The notes under the pieces are model-generated. The model searched no databases. It worked only from the letters and a program-made list of their open reading frames with translations, and was not told the DNA's origin. DNA of 62,527 bases from Candidatus Hydrogenedens sp. GTDB taxonomy: Bacteria; Hydrogenedentota; Hydrogenedentia; Hydrogenedentales; Hydrogenedentaceae. The position numbers were made by a program, and so were the translations under genes. Positions 29,751-38,782 of this stretch are shown piece after piece. The DNA lies in NCBI GenBank assembly GCA_049968235.1, contig JBMFRC010000017.1:1-62527 (forward strand), read 5' to 3'. How positions within the stretch are numbered: the stretch's first letter is position 1; every line of letters begins with the position of its first letter.

Positions 29751-31489
29751 TGATGAAAATTCCAGAATGGATGGAAGACGGCAGTTTATCGTGGAGCGAA
29801 AAGAAAGAAGAACCTTCATCTAAACCAGTAACGGATGAAACTCCACCTCCTCGAATCCCTGTCCGGGAGGATTTTTTGGATATAAATATAATAAGAAACA
29901 AAAAAATTGGAGATATGGATTTTCACGCAAATTGGACTCTTACCGACACGCTTCTTAGTTTTATCAATCCCTTTCTTATTTTAATATTACTATGGTCTAT
30001 TGTATTTTTTCTGTTGGATGTTCGATATATATATACTGAGGTGAATGATAGGAATTTAAGGTTTGTTGTTTTTTGTTTTATTTTAGGTGTTGTGGCTGTA
30101 AACAGGATTTTTGCCACAGAAAGTGTGGAAGATGGGGTTGTGTATGGTTTTGCTTTGGGTTTAACAATAAGTTTTTATGTTGTAGTTAGTACCTCTATGT
30201 ATGGAACAGGTTCCTTTATATATAACCTCGTGACAGGAAATAATTTTATGGCATTCTTGTCCAACATGGGCGTAGTAATATTTTTATGGTGGCTTACGAA
30301 CAGGATAACTTACGAATGTTGTATTGATGAAAATATAAATGCCGGAGCAATTGGTATTACTACCAGTTTGAGTAAAGCATTTGAAAAAAGTAAACAGCAA
30401 AAGCCCCGAAAAGACCCTAAAATGCAAGGTCCTGATTTATTCTATGAATTGGAAGCGGTTGACCCTACACAATTAATATTTAAAGACCCTTCAGTAAAAG
30501 ATATTACTTTTAATGTTATGGGATTTGGAGACCGACTTTCTAAGATTCCTGCAGGTATATCAATATTATTCTTCAGTATCCCTGTTATGGGGATTTTCTC
30601 TTTAGGACTTCGTATTCTCGTAAATGGGGGTCAGAAGATAGTAAACGTCGGATGGTTTTATCTTGTGTTGTATGTCTTTTCTGCTTTATTGCTTCTTGTT
30701 ATGACAAGTCTTGGAGGACTTAGAGAATATTATAAAGTGAGGAAAGTTGCCGTCCCTTCATTGTTAGGTATTACATGGGTAATTTCCGGGATGTTAATTA
30801 TTATTATTGCTATGGTAAGTTCTGCCTATCTTCCATTACCTGCATTGCCAAAACCTTTTTATGTTGCAGAACATCAAGTGGACCCCTGGGTTCGTGAAAG
30901 CACTTTTCAATTAAATCCGGTTGTAGCAACTCCCATGGAAATATGGGAACAACAGATGATATTCCAAAAATTAGGATATGTGATAATCACACTTCTTGTT
31001 TTTGTCAGTATGTGGATTCTGTTTCAGGTAATTAAAAGACTATTTATAGAGTGGTTACAGATATCCGTGCAGAAGGGTGGAATTGGATTTCAGTGGTTAA
31101 GAAAATTTGTTGAACGAAGACCTAAGCAATTAAAAATCAGGAAGAAAGTATCCGTAAGTAAATCTAAATCAATTAAATTTGTTAACTCGTTATCCCATCC
31201 AGAAATGAGTAAGAAATTTAATCCAAATGAGCATATTGAATATGCATATCAGGCACTTTGTGCTCTGGCAGAAGATCTAGGTGTGCCTAAGAAACATAGT
31301 GAAACCCCATTAGAATTTTTGAAAAATTTGCCACAAAGTTTAGAAGTATTACGCGAAGAGATAGAAGAAATTACTCAACTATATCAAATTGTCGTTTTTT
31401 CACCGATAGTGTTTGATGAAAAAATTCTGGACCGTTTACGCAAATTTTGGATTTCATATAATCGAGTGAGAAACAAAATTGTGTATTAA
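29750..31489 (+). CDS. Polytopic membrane protein with a C-terminal DUF4129-like domain.
   Basis: Multiple TMs. C-terminal HIEYAYQALCALAEDLGVPKKHSETPLEFLKNLPQ (xPETPxEF signature). TGATG overlap with the DUF58 gene. Confidence 0.55.
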   Translation: MMKIPEWMEDGSLSWSEKKEEPSSKPVTDETPPPRIPVREDFLDINIIRNKKIGDMDFHANWTLTDTLLSFINPFLILILLWSIVFFLLDVRYIYTEVNDRNLRFVVFCFILGVVAVNRIFATESVEDGVVYGFALGLTISFYVVVSTSMYGTGSFIYNLVTGNNFMAFLSNMGVVIFLWWLTNRITYECCIDENINAGAIGITTSLSKAFEKSKQQKPRKDPKMQGPDLFYELEAVDPTQLIFKDPSVKDITFNVMGFGDRLSKIPAGISILFFSIPVMGIFSLGLRILVNGGQKIVNVGWFYLVLYVFSALLLLVMTSLGGLREYYKVRKVAVPSLLGITWVISGMLIIIIAMVSSAYLPLPALPKPFYVAEHQVDPWVRESTFQLNPVVATPMEIWEQQMIFQKLGYVIITLLVFVSMWILFQVIKRLFIEWLQISVQKGGIGFQWLRKFVERRPKQLKIRKKVSVSKSKSIKFVNSLSHPEMSKKFNPNEHIEYAYQALCALAEDLGVPKKHSETPLEFLKNLPQSLEVLREEIEEITQLYQIVVFSPIVFDEKILDRLRKFWISYNRVRNKIVY

Positions 31490-31506
31490 AAATATTCCAA
31501 TAACTT

Positions 31507-32376
31507 TTATTTTTTTGTTAATTGATTTAATAACATATCTGCCTTTTGATGCTCTCCACAGTTTCTTAATAAATCAATAGCAAGGTCATATCTTTTCTCT
31601 AAAATCATCTGATTACTTAGCGGTTCTAAAAGAGATTTTTTATATTTATCTGGAATATTATGAATTCCATCTTTATAGATATATTGAATAATTTTATTTA
31701 AAAAAATGGCTTTTTCTTGAGGATTATTGGCTAATATATTCATCCATTTTAACCATAATGAAACGGCTCTTTTATAATATCCTGCTTCCCACCATAAAAA
31801 ACTTGCAGTATCCAGTATTCCTTTCTTTTCTAACCATCTCCCTGCTTTTTTTGTTTTCCCAACACTTGTCAATAACTGAACTGCCTGTTGGGGTTCATTG
31901 GCTTTTAGTAATAGTTTTGCTGAATATTCTGTTTTTCCCGCTTTTGCATATTCTGTTGCAGACCTTATTAACATCCCAGCTTTTTCAAATGCCCAACCTG
32001 CTTCTTTATATCTCTGCATGGATGCATACACTTCCCCTAACTGGGCATATTTTTTTTCTTTTTTTAATCGTTCTATCGTTTGTTGAGGTGCTTTTAGAGA
32101 TTCAAGTTGTTGAATAAATTCGGATTCTTTATCTACTGTTTCTGAGGAAGGAGGAATAACTGGTATACTTTCCGATACAAATTTCCGACTTTGCCAAAAT
32201 TTATGAATTCTAAGGTAAATCTCGTAAATTAATAAAAGGATAACAAAAGTAATAACGACTTTTACTACTATAGGTGTCCAGGGCTCTATAAGTTCATAAC
32301 CGAAAATATCTTCAACCTTAGAGATAAGTTTACCTAAAAACTGATTCCAATACCAGTAAAAAATCTTCAAGCCCAT
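31507..32376 (-). CDS. Membrane-anchored TPR-like repeat protein.
   Basis: N-terminal TM VVKVVITFVILLLIYEIY. Helical repeats with YAQLGEVYASMQRYKEAGWAFEKAG-type TPR signatures. Confidence 0.45.
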   Translation of the reverse strand: MGLKIFYWYWNQFLGKLISKVEDIFGYELIEPWTPIVVKVVITFVILLLIYEIYLRIHKFWQSRKFVSESIPVIPPSSETVDKESEFIQQLESLKAPQQTIERLKKEKKYAQLGEVYASMQRYKEAGWAFEKAGMLIRSATEYAKAGKTEYSAKLLLKANEPQQAVQLLTSVGKTKKAGRWLEKKGILDTASFLWWEAGYYKRAVSLWLKWMNILANNPQEKAIFLNKIIQYIYKDGIHNIPDKYKKSLLEPLSNQMILEKRYDLAIDLLRNCGEHQKADMLLNQLTKK

Positions 32377-32390
32377 ATCTCCGTTTGAGG

Positions 32391-32786
32391 TTATGATTTA
32401 TTGGATTGATATTTTTGAATTTCAATTTGTGTGTTTTCTTTAATAGAAAATAAGGGAGCAAGAGAACTTGTTATTTTGCCGATAATGTTGACATCTGTGA
32501 TAAGTCTGCATTCATTTTCTACTGAAACAGGCGTTTTCCCGAAAGGTATTGCAATAGAATTACCTTCTACCCAAAAACAAATAGTTCCTGGCAAAACAAC
32601 ATCTGTTGCTGTTTCTTCTAAAATTGTTTCCATAGGAACTTCAAAGTATATTTCATCCCCCCAACGATGAGTTATAGAGCGAACAGGAAGTATTTCCCAT
32701 AACTCGTTTGCAGTTGGCGAATAAATTAATTCTCCTTTTAAGGTATAACCTTCCCAGCATATAATAATTTCTCTTTTATCTTGCAT
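32391..32786 (-). CDS. Small cyclophilin-like-fold protein (PF04126-like).
   Basis: 131 aa. IIICWEGYTLKGELIYSPTANELWEILPV...WGDEIYFEVP...GTICFWVEGNSIAIPFG pattern, recalled from the cyclophilin-like family. Not verifiable here. Confidence 0.35.
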   Translation of the reverse strand: MQDKREIIICWEGYTLKGELIYSPTANELWEILPVRSITHRWGDEIYFEVPMETILEETATDVVLPGTICFWVEGNSIAIPFGKTPVSVENECRLITDVNIIGKITSSLAPLFSIKENTQIEIQKYQSNKS

Positions 32787-32798
32787 ATACCTAAACCA

Positions 32799-34334
32799 TT
32801 ATATAGTTGCCTTAATTTTCAACAAATACCATGCATCATTATTATACATACACATTTCCGGGATTTTGGGTAATATTTTAGAAAGTGTATTAGCAACTTC
32901 TATTTCTAAAAGGACAGGATTGTTAGTGAAGAATGCATCTATGGCGTTTGTATCATTAAAGAAAAATCCATAGGGACAGGCATTTTGCATAGTTTGATTG
33001 CTTTCTTCCTGGGGAAGTTGAGTAATCTTTTCAACAACTTGAGAAAGTTGGTCTTTATTATTTGTTATAACTACATGTGGAGATTTTAGCCCAATAAATA
33101 AAGTGAGTGGAATATTCGTCAATTTTTCTAAATCAGCTTTTATTACTTCAAATTCACCCATAGGTTCATCGGACACTCCAGCAATACCTAATAAAGACTT
33201 TAGAGTATTTATTTGATTGCACATAGTTATTAGGATAACACCCGGCATATCTCCTTCCGTTGGTGGGGATATTCCAATAGATAACTCATCCTGAAACAAA
33301 GGAGAATTAATAAAACCGCTAATACGACCTAAACTCTTCTTAAGTTGTCCTGATGAGTCGCGACGTGGAAGTTCCATAAGCAAACTTTTAAGTCCATTGG
33401 TTATTGCAAGGTCAAATTTGACCATTGTATTATCTGGCATGAAGTTGAAAGCCTGTAATACAGGTATAGATGGATTGTTGGATGGTTTTTGTTGAGAATG
33501 AATGGCTATAGCAATTTCGTGAAAACTATCTTCAGGATTAATAACAGCACATATTTCGTCATATTCAGTGCCAAGTACAAGAAGAAGCGCCTTAAGCCAT
33601 ACAGGCTCAAAAGGTTGTTTAGGATTATTGAGTATTGCTTTTAAATCATCAGATAAGGATAAAAGTATAACTGTTTCATCGGGACTAATTACCGGTTTGC
33701 CCTCTAAACCATAATGAAACGATGGGGGAACGGTATTTCCTGAAATAGACCTAGTAAGCAATTCAATACTATTTGAGAGAAAAATATATCCATTATGTTC
33801 AGTAAAACCAATATTTAATTTACTATCCCAATATGCGGATAATTTACCCGAAATAAACCAGAACCACGATGTCCGCAATGTGGTTTTTTTTGCGTTTGGA
33901 AAGATTTTTTGTAATGAATTTGTATTCTCTCCAGCAATCACCGCTTCCCATTTGTCATCTAAAGTATAAAAGAAAGCACAGGGACTATTAATGTTTGCTC
34001 CAAGAGATTTTAAATTTTCGATTGTCTTTTCTTTATCTTCTTTTATTACAAAATTCCAAGTGGGATCTTTTTTTAATGAGTTACTAATTTCATTATTACG
34101 GAAATTGTTAATTTTGAAAAAAGAATAGATTATGTTTCCAAGAGATGGACTGACTAATGCGAGAGCATCAGGTTGAGGCAAATAAGACAATAGTTTTCGA
34201 GCAGGTAAATGTTTCTCAGCACCGTATATCTGTGTTTCTTTCAGGGGCTTATTTTCTATCTGTTTACCACATGAAATAAAACATATTATAATTACAACGG
34301 TTAGTAATCTAATAGTGATACCACTTTTTTTCAT
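32799..34334 (-). CDS. Hypothetical lipoprotein, 511 aa.
   Basis: Lipobox LTVVIIICFISCGKQ. Shine-Dalgarno AGGAG. No recognisable catalytic motif. Confidence 0.45.
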   Translation of the reverse strand: MKKSGITIRLLTVVIIICFISCGKQIENKPLKETQIYGAEKHLPARKLLSYLPQPDALALVSPSLGNIIYSFFKINNFRNNEISNSLKKDPTWNFVIKEDKEKTIENLKSLGANINSPCAFFYTLDDKWEAVIAGENTNSLQKIFPNAKKTTLRTSWFWFISGKLSAYWDSKLNIGFTEHNGYIFLSNSIELLTRSISGNTVPPSFHYGLEGKPVISPDETVILLSLSDDLKAILNNPKQPFEPVWLKALLLVLGTEYDEICAVINPEDSFHEIAIAIHSQQKPSNNPSIPVLQAFNFMPDNTMVKFDLAITNGLKSLLMELPRRDSSGQLKKSLGRISGFINSPLFQDELSIGISPPTEGDMPGVILITMCNQINTLKSLLGIAGVSDEPMGEFEVIKADLEKLTNIPLTLFIGLKSPHVVITNNKDQLSQVVEKITQLPQEESNQTMQNACPYGFFFNDTNAIDAFFTNNPVLLEIEVANTLSKILPKIPEMCMYNNDAWYLLKIKATI

Positions 34335-34478
34335 TTTCTTTTCTCCTGTACAATAATTAGAAAAAGGTCTTTATTAAAGTGTTTTTGAGGAATAATATTG
34401 TTATAATTTTAACTTAATTAAAGTGTATTGTAATAGTTTTAATAAGTGATAAACAATAAGAGAAGTTTGGGTAAAATA

Positions 34479-35954
34479 ATGATACAGAAAAGTTCATCGT
34501 TAAAAGACTTAACAATAGTCATCATAGGAGCCTCCGGTGATTTATCGTTACGAAAAATATTCCCCGCATTCTATGCGCTATACCAGAAAAAATTATTACC
34601 TGAAAGGGTACGAATTATTGGTTTCTCGCGTACAGAAATGGATGATGAAAAATTCCGAGAAAAAATTAAAAATTCTTTAGTTAAAGAGAATGTACCTGTT
34701 TCTGATTTAGATGAATTTTTAAAAAGATGTTTTTATTGTAGAGGAAGATATGATGAGTTCCAAGATTATGAAAGGATGGGAGACTTAATCCGACAATTAG
34801 AAGATGGCAACTTATCAAATAAAATATATTACCTTGCTATCCCACCGTTCTTGTTTTTACCTGTCTCAAACGCACTTGCCCATTCAAATCTGATTCATAC
34901 GCAAGAAGAGAAAGGTGTCTGGACACGGGTTGTAGTGGAAAAACCCTTTGGTAGGGATAGAGAGAGTTCCGATGAACTAACCGCAGGATTACAGAAAGTA
35001 TTCTGTGAGGAACAAGTATATCGTATAGACCATTATCTAGCTAAAGAAGTTATTCAAAATTTGATGATACTCCGTTTTGCAAATTTAATATTAGAGCCAC
35101 TCTGGAATCGCCAGTATATACAAAATGTGCGCATTTCATGGATGGAAGATATAGGCATAGAAGGCCGGGGAGGCTATTTTGATGAATATGGGATTATTCG
35201 CGATGTAATGCAAAATCATCTACTTCAAATTTTAGCATTGGTAGGAATGGAACAGCCTATACGATTGGAGGCAGATTACATTCGAGATGAGAAAGTTAAA
35301 GTCCTGAGATGTATTCCTCCCATAACCCTTTCTCAATTAGTAGTAGGACAATACGGACCAGGTATTTTGCAATGCAAGAAATGCGAAATGAAACATGGTT
35401 ATCGAGATGAAGAGGGCGTTCCTAAAGATTCCATTACCCCTACTTATGCAGCAGTTTCTTTATTTATCAAAAATCGAAGATGGGATGGTGTTCCATTTCT
35501 AATTCGGGCAGGGAAAGGATTATCTAAACGGACAACGGAGATAAAAATACAGTTTCGTGAGGTTCCGGGAAATATATTCACAGAGACCGCACCACAGTTA
35601 ACCCCTAATGAATTATTAATTCAGGTGCAACCCAATGCAATGATAGCATTGAAAATCGTAAATAAAATTCCCGGGTTATCTCTTGTCCTGGGAGAATCAA
35701 ATCTTGATTTATCCTATGAATCCGCTTTTGAATCTCGTGTCCCTGATGCGTATGAATTGCTATTATTAGATGTAATACGCGGAGATAAGAGCTTATTTAT
35801 CCGTTCAGATGAATTGGAAGCGGCATGGAATATATTTAGTCCCGTTTTATTAGAATTAGAAAAAAAGAGAATTCAACCCGTTGTATATCCCTTTGGGTCA
35901 GAAGGTCCCTATACAGCCGATTTGTTAGCAAGTAAATATGGAACAGCATGGTAA
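34479..35954 (+). CDS. zwf: Glucose-6-phosphate 1-dehydrogenase.
   Basis: IIGASGDLSLRKIFPAFYALY NADP motif. RIDHYLAKE active-site motif. EKPFGRD. Start taken at ATG 34479; the track start at 34446 is GTG. Confidence 0.9.
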   Translation: MIQKSSSLKDLTIVIIGASGDLSLRKIFPAFYALYQKKLLPERVRIIGFSRTEMDDEKFREKIKNSLVKENVPVSDLDEFLKRCFYCRGRYDEFQDYERMGDLIRQLEDGNLSNKIYYLAIPPFLFLPVSNALAHSNLIHTQEEKGVWTRVVVEKPFGRDRESSDELTAGLQKVFCEEQVYRIDHYLAKEVIQNLMILRFANLILEPLWNRQYIQNVRISWMEDIGIEGRGGYFDEYGIIRDVMQNHLLQILALVGMEQPIRLEADYIRDEKVKVLRCIPPITLSQLVVGQYGPGILQCKKCEMKHGYRDEEGVPKDSITPTYAAVSLFIKNRRWDGVPFLIRAGKGLSKRTTEIKIQFREVPGNIFTETAPQLTPNELLIQVQPNAMIALKIVNKIPGLSLVLGESNLDLSYESAFESRVPDAYELLLLDVIRGDKSLFIRSDELEAAWNIFSPVLLELEKKRIQPVVYPFGSEGPYTADLLASKYGTAW

Positions 35955-35985
35955 ACATGGTAAATAAAATAAGAAGGATAAAAAA

Positions 35986-36960
35986 ATGAAAATAGAAAAA
36001 ATAACCCGAACACAAATTTATTTAACCTTATTAGTAATAATTTCAGTCAGTATTTTAGGTGTATCTTGTGGAAAAACTACAGAGAACAAGGATGTAGAGA
36101 AAAAAGTTAAAAAACCACGAATCGCATTAATCATGAAATCGCTTGCAAATGAATTCTTTAAGACGATGGAAGAAGGTGCCCGAAAACATCATCAAGCACA
36201 TTTATCCGAGTATGATTTGATTGTGGAAGGGATTAAAGATGAATTAGATATTAATCGTCAGGTTCAACTTATGGAAAATATGATAGGGCAAAAAGTAGAT
36301 GCCATTGTTATCGCCCCTGCGGATTCAAAAGCATTAGTCCCTGTATGTAAAAGAGCAATGAAAGAAGGAATAATTGTAATTAATATAGATAACCGTCTTG
36401 ATGAAGAGGTACTTAAACAAAACGAAATTAAAATTCCCTTTGTTGGACCTGATAACCGCAAAGGAGCCAGGGAAGTGGGACTTTATCTTGCAGAGCGTTT
36501 ACAAGCAGGGGAACATGTCGCAGTAATTAATGGCGTCCCGACCGCATATAACGCTATCCAGAGACGATTGGGTTTCTTAGATGCTATTAAAGAAAAAGGA
36601 CTTAATCTCGTCGCTGATGAAAATGGGGATTGGGAAATGTCAAAAGCGAACAAAGTTGTCTCCGCATTAATGACCGAAAAACCGGAAATCAAGGGTATCT
36701 TTTGTGCCAATGATAGTATGGCATTGGGTGCTATTTCTGCATTGAAGGCAGGAAATTTTATGGATAAAGTGAAAGTCGTAGGATTTGATAACATTTCTGC
36801 TGCAAATGAATTGGTAGAAAAAGGCGAACTTTTAGCAACGGCTGACCAACATGCGGACCATCTGGCTGTCTATGGAATTGAATATGCTTTAGAATGCTTA
36901 AAAACAGGTACAGTTCCTGAAGATAAGGAAACGCCTGTAGATTTAATTGTGAAAAAATAG
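35986..36960 (+). CDS. Sugar ABC transporter periplasmic substrate-binding lipoprotein (RbsB/LsrB-like).
   Basis: Lipobox ILGVSCGK. IALIMKSLANEFFKTMEEGA and VDAIVIAPADSKALVPVCKRAMKEGIIVINIDN, typical of Peripla_BP_4. Confidence 0.8.
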   Translation: MKIEKITRTQIYLTLLVIISVSILGVSCGKTTENKDVEKKVKKPRIALIMKSLANEFFKTMEEGARKHHQAHLSEYDLIVEGIKDELDINRQVQLMENMIGQKVDAIVIAPADSKALVPVCKRAMKEGIIVINIDNRLDEEVLKQNEIKIPFVGPDNRKGAREVGLYLAERLQAGEHVAVINGVPTAYNAIQRRLGFLDAIKEKGLNLVADENGDWEMSKANKVVSALMTEKPEIKGIFCANDSMALGAISALKAGNFMDKVKVVGFDNISAANELVEKGELLATADQHADHLAVYGIEYALECLKTGTVPEDKETPVDLIVKK

Positions 36961-36969
36961 GCTATTCAA

Positions 36970-37926
36970 ATGAAAACAAATATAATAAATTTTTTTAAAG
37001 AACAAATAGGACTTTTAGTTGCTCTTTTATTCTTGATTATCTTTTTTAGTATTAAATCTCAGTATTTTTTTACTTACTCTACATTTATTACCATTGTTAA
37101 CCAGATACCCCATATTTTACTTTTATCGACGGGTATGTCAGTAGTTTTGATAATAGGAGGTATTGACCTATCTGTTGGTTCTGTTTTAGGGTTATCAGGC
37201 GCCGTATTAGGTATTTTGCTAACAAAGAACTATTCGCTTCCCGTATCAATTATTGCGTGTTTTATTGTGGGGATATTTTGTGGGTTAACAAATGGTTTTA
37301 TCGTTACCCAGTGGCGTATTCCGTCTTTTATAGTAACATTAGGTATGTTAGAAGCGGGCAGAGGATTAACATATCTTTTTACCAACTCGATTACACAATA
37401 TTTAGGTTCTAAACTGGATATAATTGCAGAACCTAATATAATGGGTATTCGTTTCCCTCTGTTATTAGCAGTAGTCGTTGTCCTGTTTATCCATTTATTA
37501 ATGATTTATACCCCATGGGGAAGGCATTGTTTTGCAATAGGAGCCAGAGAAGAAACTGCACATTTATCAGGGATAAATGTAAGAAAAGTTTTATGGAGTG
37601 TTTATATCCTTTCTGGTTTCCTGGCTTCTCTTGCGGGTTTACTACATTGTGCAAGACTAAGTTCTTCTGACCCCAATGCGGGTATTGGCTATGAATTATC
37701 TGCCATTGCTGCAGCTGTCATTGGAGGAAATAGCCTCAGTGGAGGAAAAGGGTCAGTTATTGGTACCATGTTAGGTGTTGTGATCATTGCCACATTAGAG
37801 GTGGGGCTTGTGCAGATAAGTGTCCCCGAACCGTGGAAACGAGTGATTACGGGATTGGTTATTATTCTTGCTGTTATTGTTGATACATATCGAGGAAGAA
37901 TAAAACTATTTCGTAAGGGAATTTAA
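36970..37926 (+). CDS. Sugar ABC transporter permease (RbsC-like).
   Basis: 10 TM segments. IIGGIDLSVGSVLGLSGAV and AAAVIGGNSLSGGKGSVIGTMLGVVII. No ATPase gene follows. Confidence 0.8.
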   Translation: MKTNIINFFKEQIGLLVALLFLIIFFSIKSQYFFTYSTFITIVNQIPHILLLSTGMSVVLIIGGIDLSVGSVLGLSGAVLGILLTKNYSLPVSIIACFIVGIFCGLTNGFIVTQWRIPSFIVTLGMLEAGRGLTYLFTNSITQYLGSKLDIIAEPNIMGIRFPLLLAVVVVLFIHLLMIYTPWGRHCFAIGAREETAHLSGINVRKVLWSVYILSGFLASLAGLLHCARLSSSDPNAGIGYELSAIAAAVIGGNSLSGGKGSVIGTMLGVVIIATLEVGLVQISVPEPWKRVITGLVIILAVIVDTYRGRIKLFRKGI

Positions 37927-37935
37927 AAGGATAAA

Positions 37936-38757
37936 ATGATACATATTTCCGTTAATGAAAAAGAGATAGAAGTGCCAGAGGGAATATCGTTACAAAAAAT
38001 AAAAGAAAAATACAAACCCGATGCGGATATTATAATCTGGAATGGTTTCCCTGTAAATAACGAGATTGAGTTGACAAAAAAAGTTAATGATAAAGACCAT
38101 TTAGTATTTATTAAACGGGGAGAAATACCATCATACGATGAATTAGAATTTTTAATGGTGGCACGTCATAGTCCGGGAGTGCATGAAAAAGTAAAAAAAA
38201 GTATCGTAGGAATCGCAGGATTGGGAGGCTTGGGTTCAACAGTAGCAATTGCTCTAACTCGTCTGGGAATAGGAAAATTGATTCTAGCTGACTTTGATGT
38301 AGTTGAACCGAGTAATTTGAATAGACAGCAATACTATATAAAGAATTTAGGAATGTATAAAACAGATGCAATGAGGGAAATTCTAAAAGATATTAATCCT
38401 TATGTGGATATAGAAACTTATACAGAAAAGATAAATCCGGATAATATACAACGCATTTTTACAAAAGTTCATATACTTGTTGAGGCTTTCGACACAGCAG
38501 AAGGGAAGCGAATGTTAATTGAGAATTTCCACAAATATTACCCCAATAAGGTTATTGTAAGTGCTTCCGGATTGGCAGGTTATTTCTCTTCAAATTCACT
38601 TAAAGTAAGAAAAGTAACTTCATACTTATATATTGTTGGTGATGAAGAAAATTCAGCAGGACCCAGAGCCGGCTTAATGTCACCAAGAGTTGGTATCGCT
38701 GGAAACTTACAAGCAAACACAGTTTTGCGTATCATTATGGGTGAATTAACACCATAA
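37936..38757 (+). CDS. ThiF/MoeB-family E1-like adenylyltransferase with an N-terminal ThiS-like ubiquitin-fold domain (fusion).
   Basis: N-terminus MIHISVNEKEIEVPEGISLQKIKEKY...LVFIKRG (ThiS-like, no free GG end). Then IVGIAGLGGLGSTVAIALTRLGIGKLILADFDVVEPSNLNRQ (E1 Rossmann/ATP motif). Confidence 0.7.
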   Translation: MIHISVNEKEIEVPEGISLQKIKEKYKPDADIIIWNGFPVNNEIELTKKVNDKDHLVFIKRGEIPSYDELEFLMVARHSPGVHEKVKKSIVGIAGLGGLGSTVAIALTRLGIGKLILADFDVVEPSNLNRQQYYIKNLGMYKTDAMREILKDINPYVDIETYTEKINPDNIQRIFTKVHILVEAFDTAEGKRMLIENFHKYYPNKVIVSASGLAGYFSSNSLKVRKVTSYLYIVGDEENSAGPRAGLMSPRVGIAGNLQANTVLRIIMGELTP

Positions 38758-38782
38758 CAAAAGAAACTATGGAGAACATAAT

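Noticed and set aside
31758-32117. Plus-strand ORFs 31758..32117 and 31898..32086.
   Set aside because: Antisense to the TPR-like gene 31507..32376.
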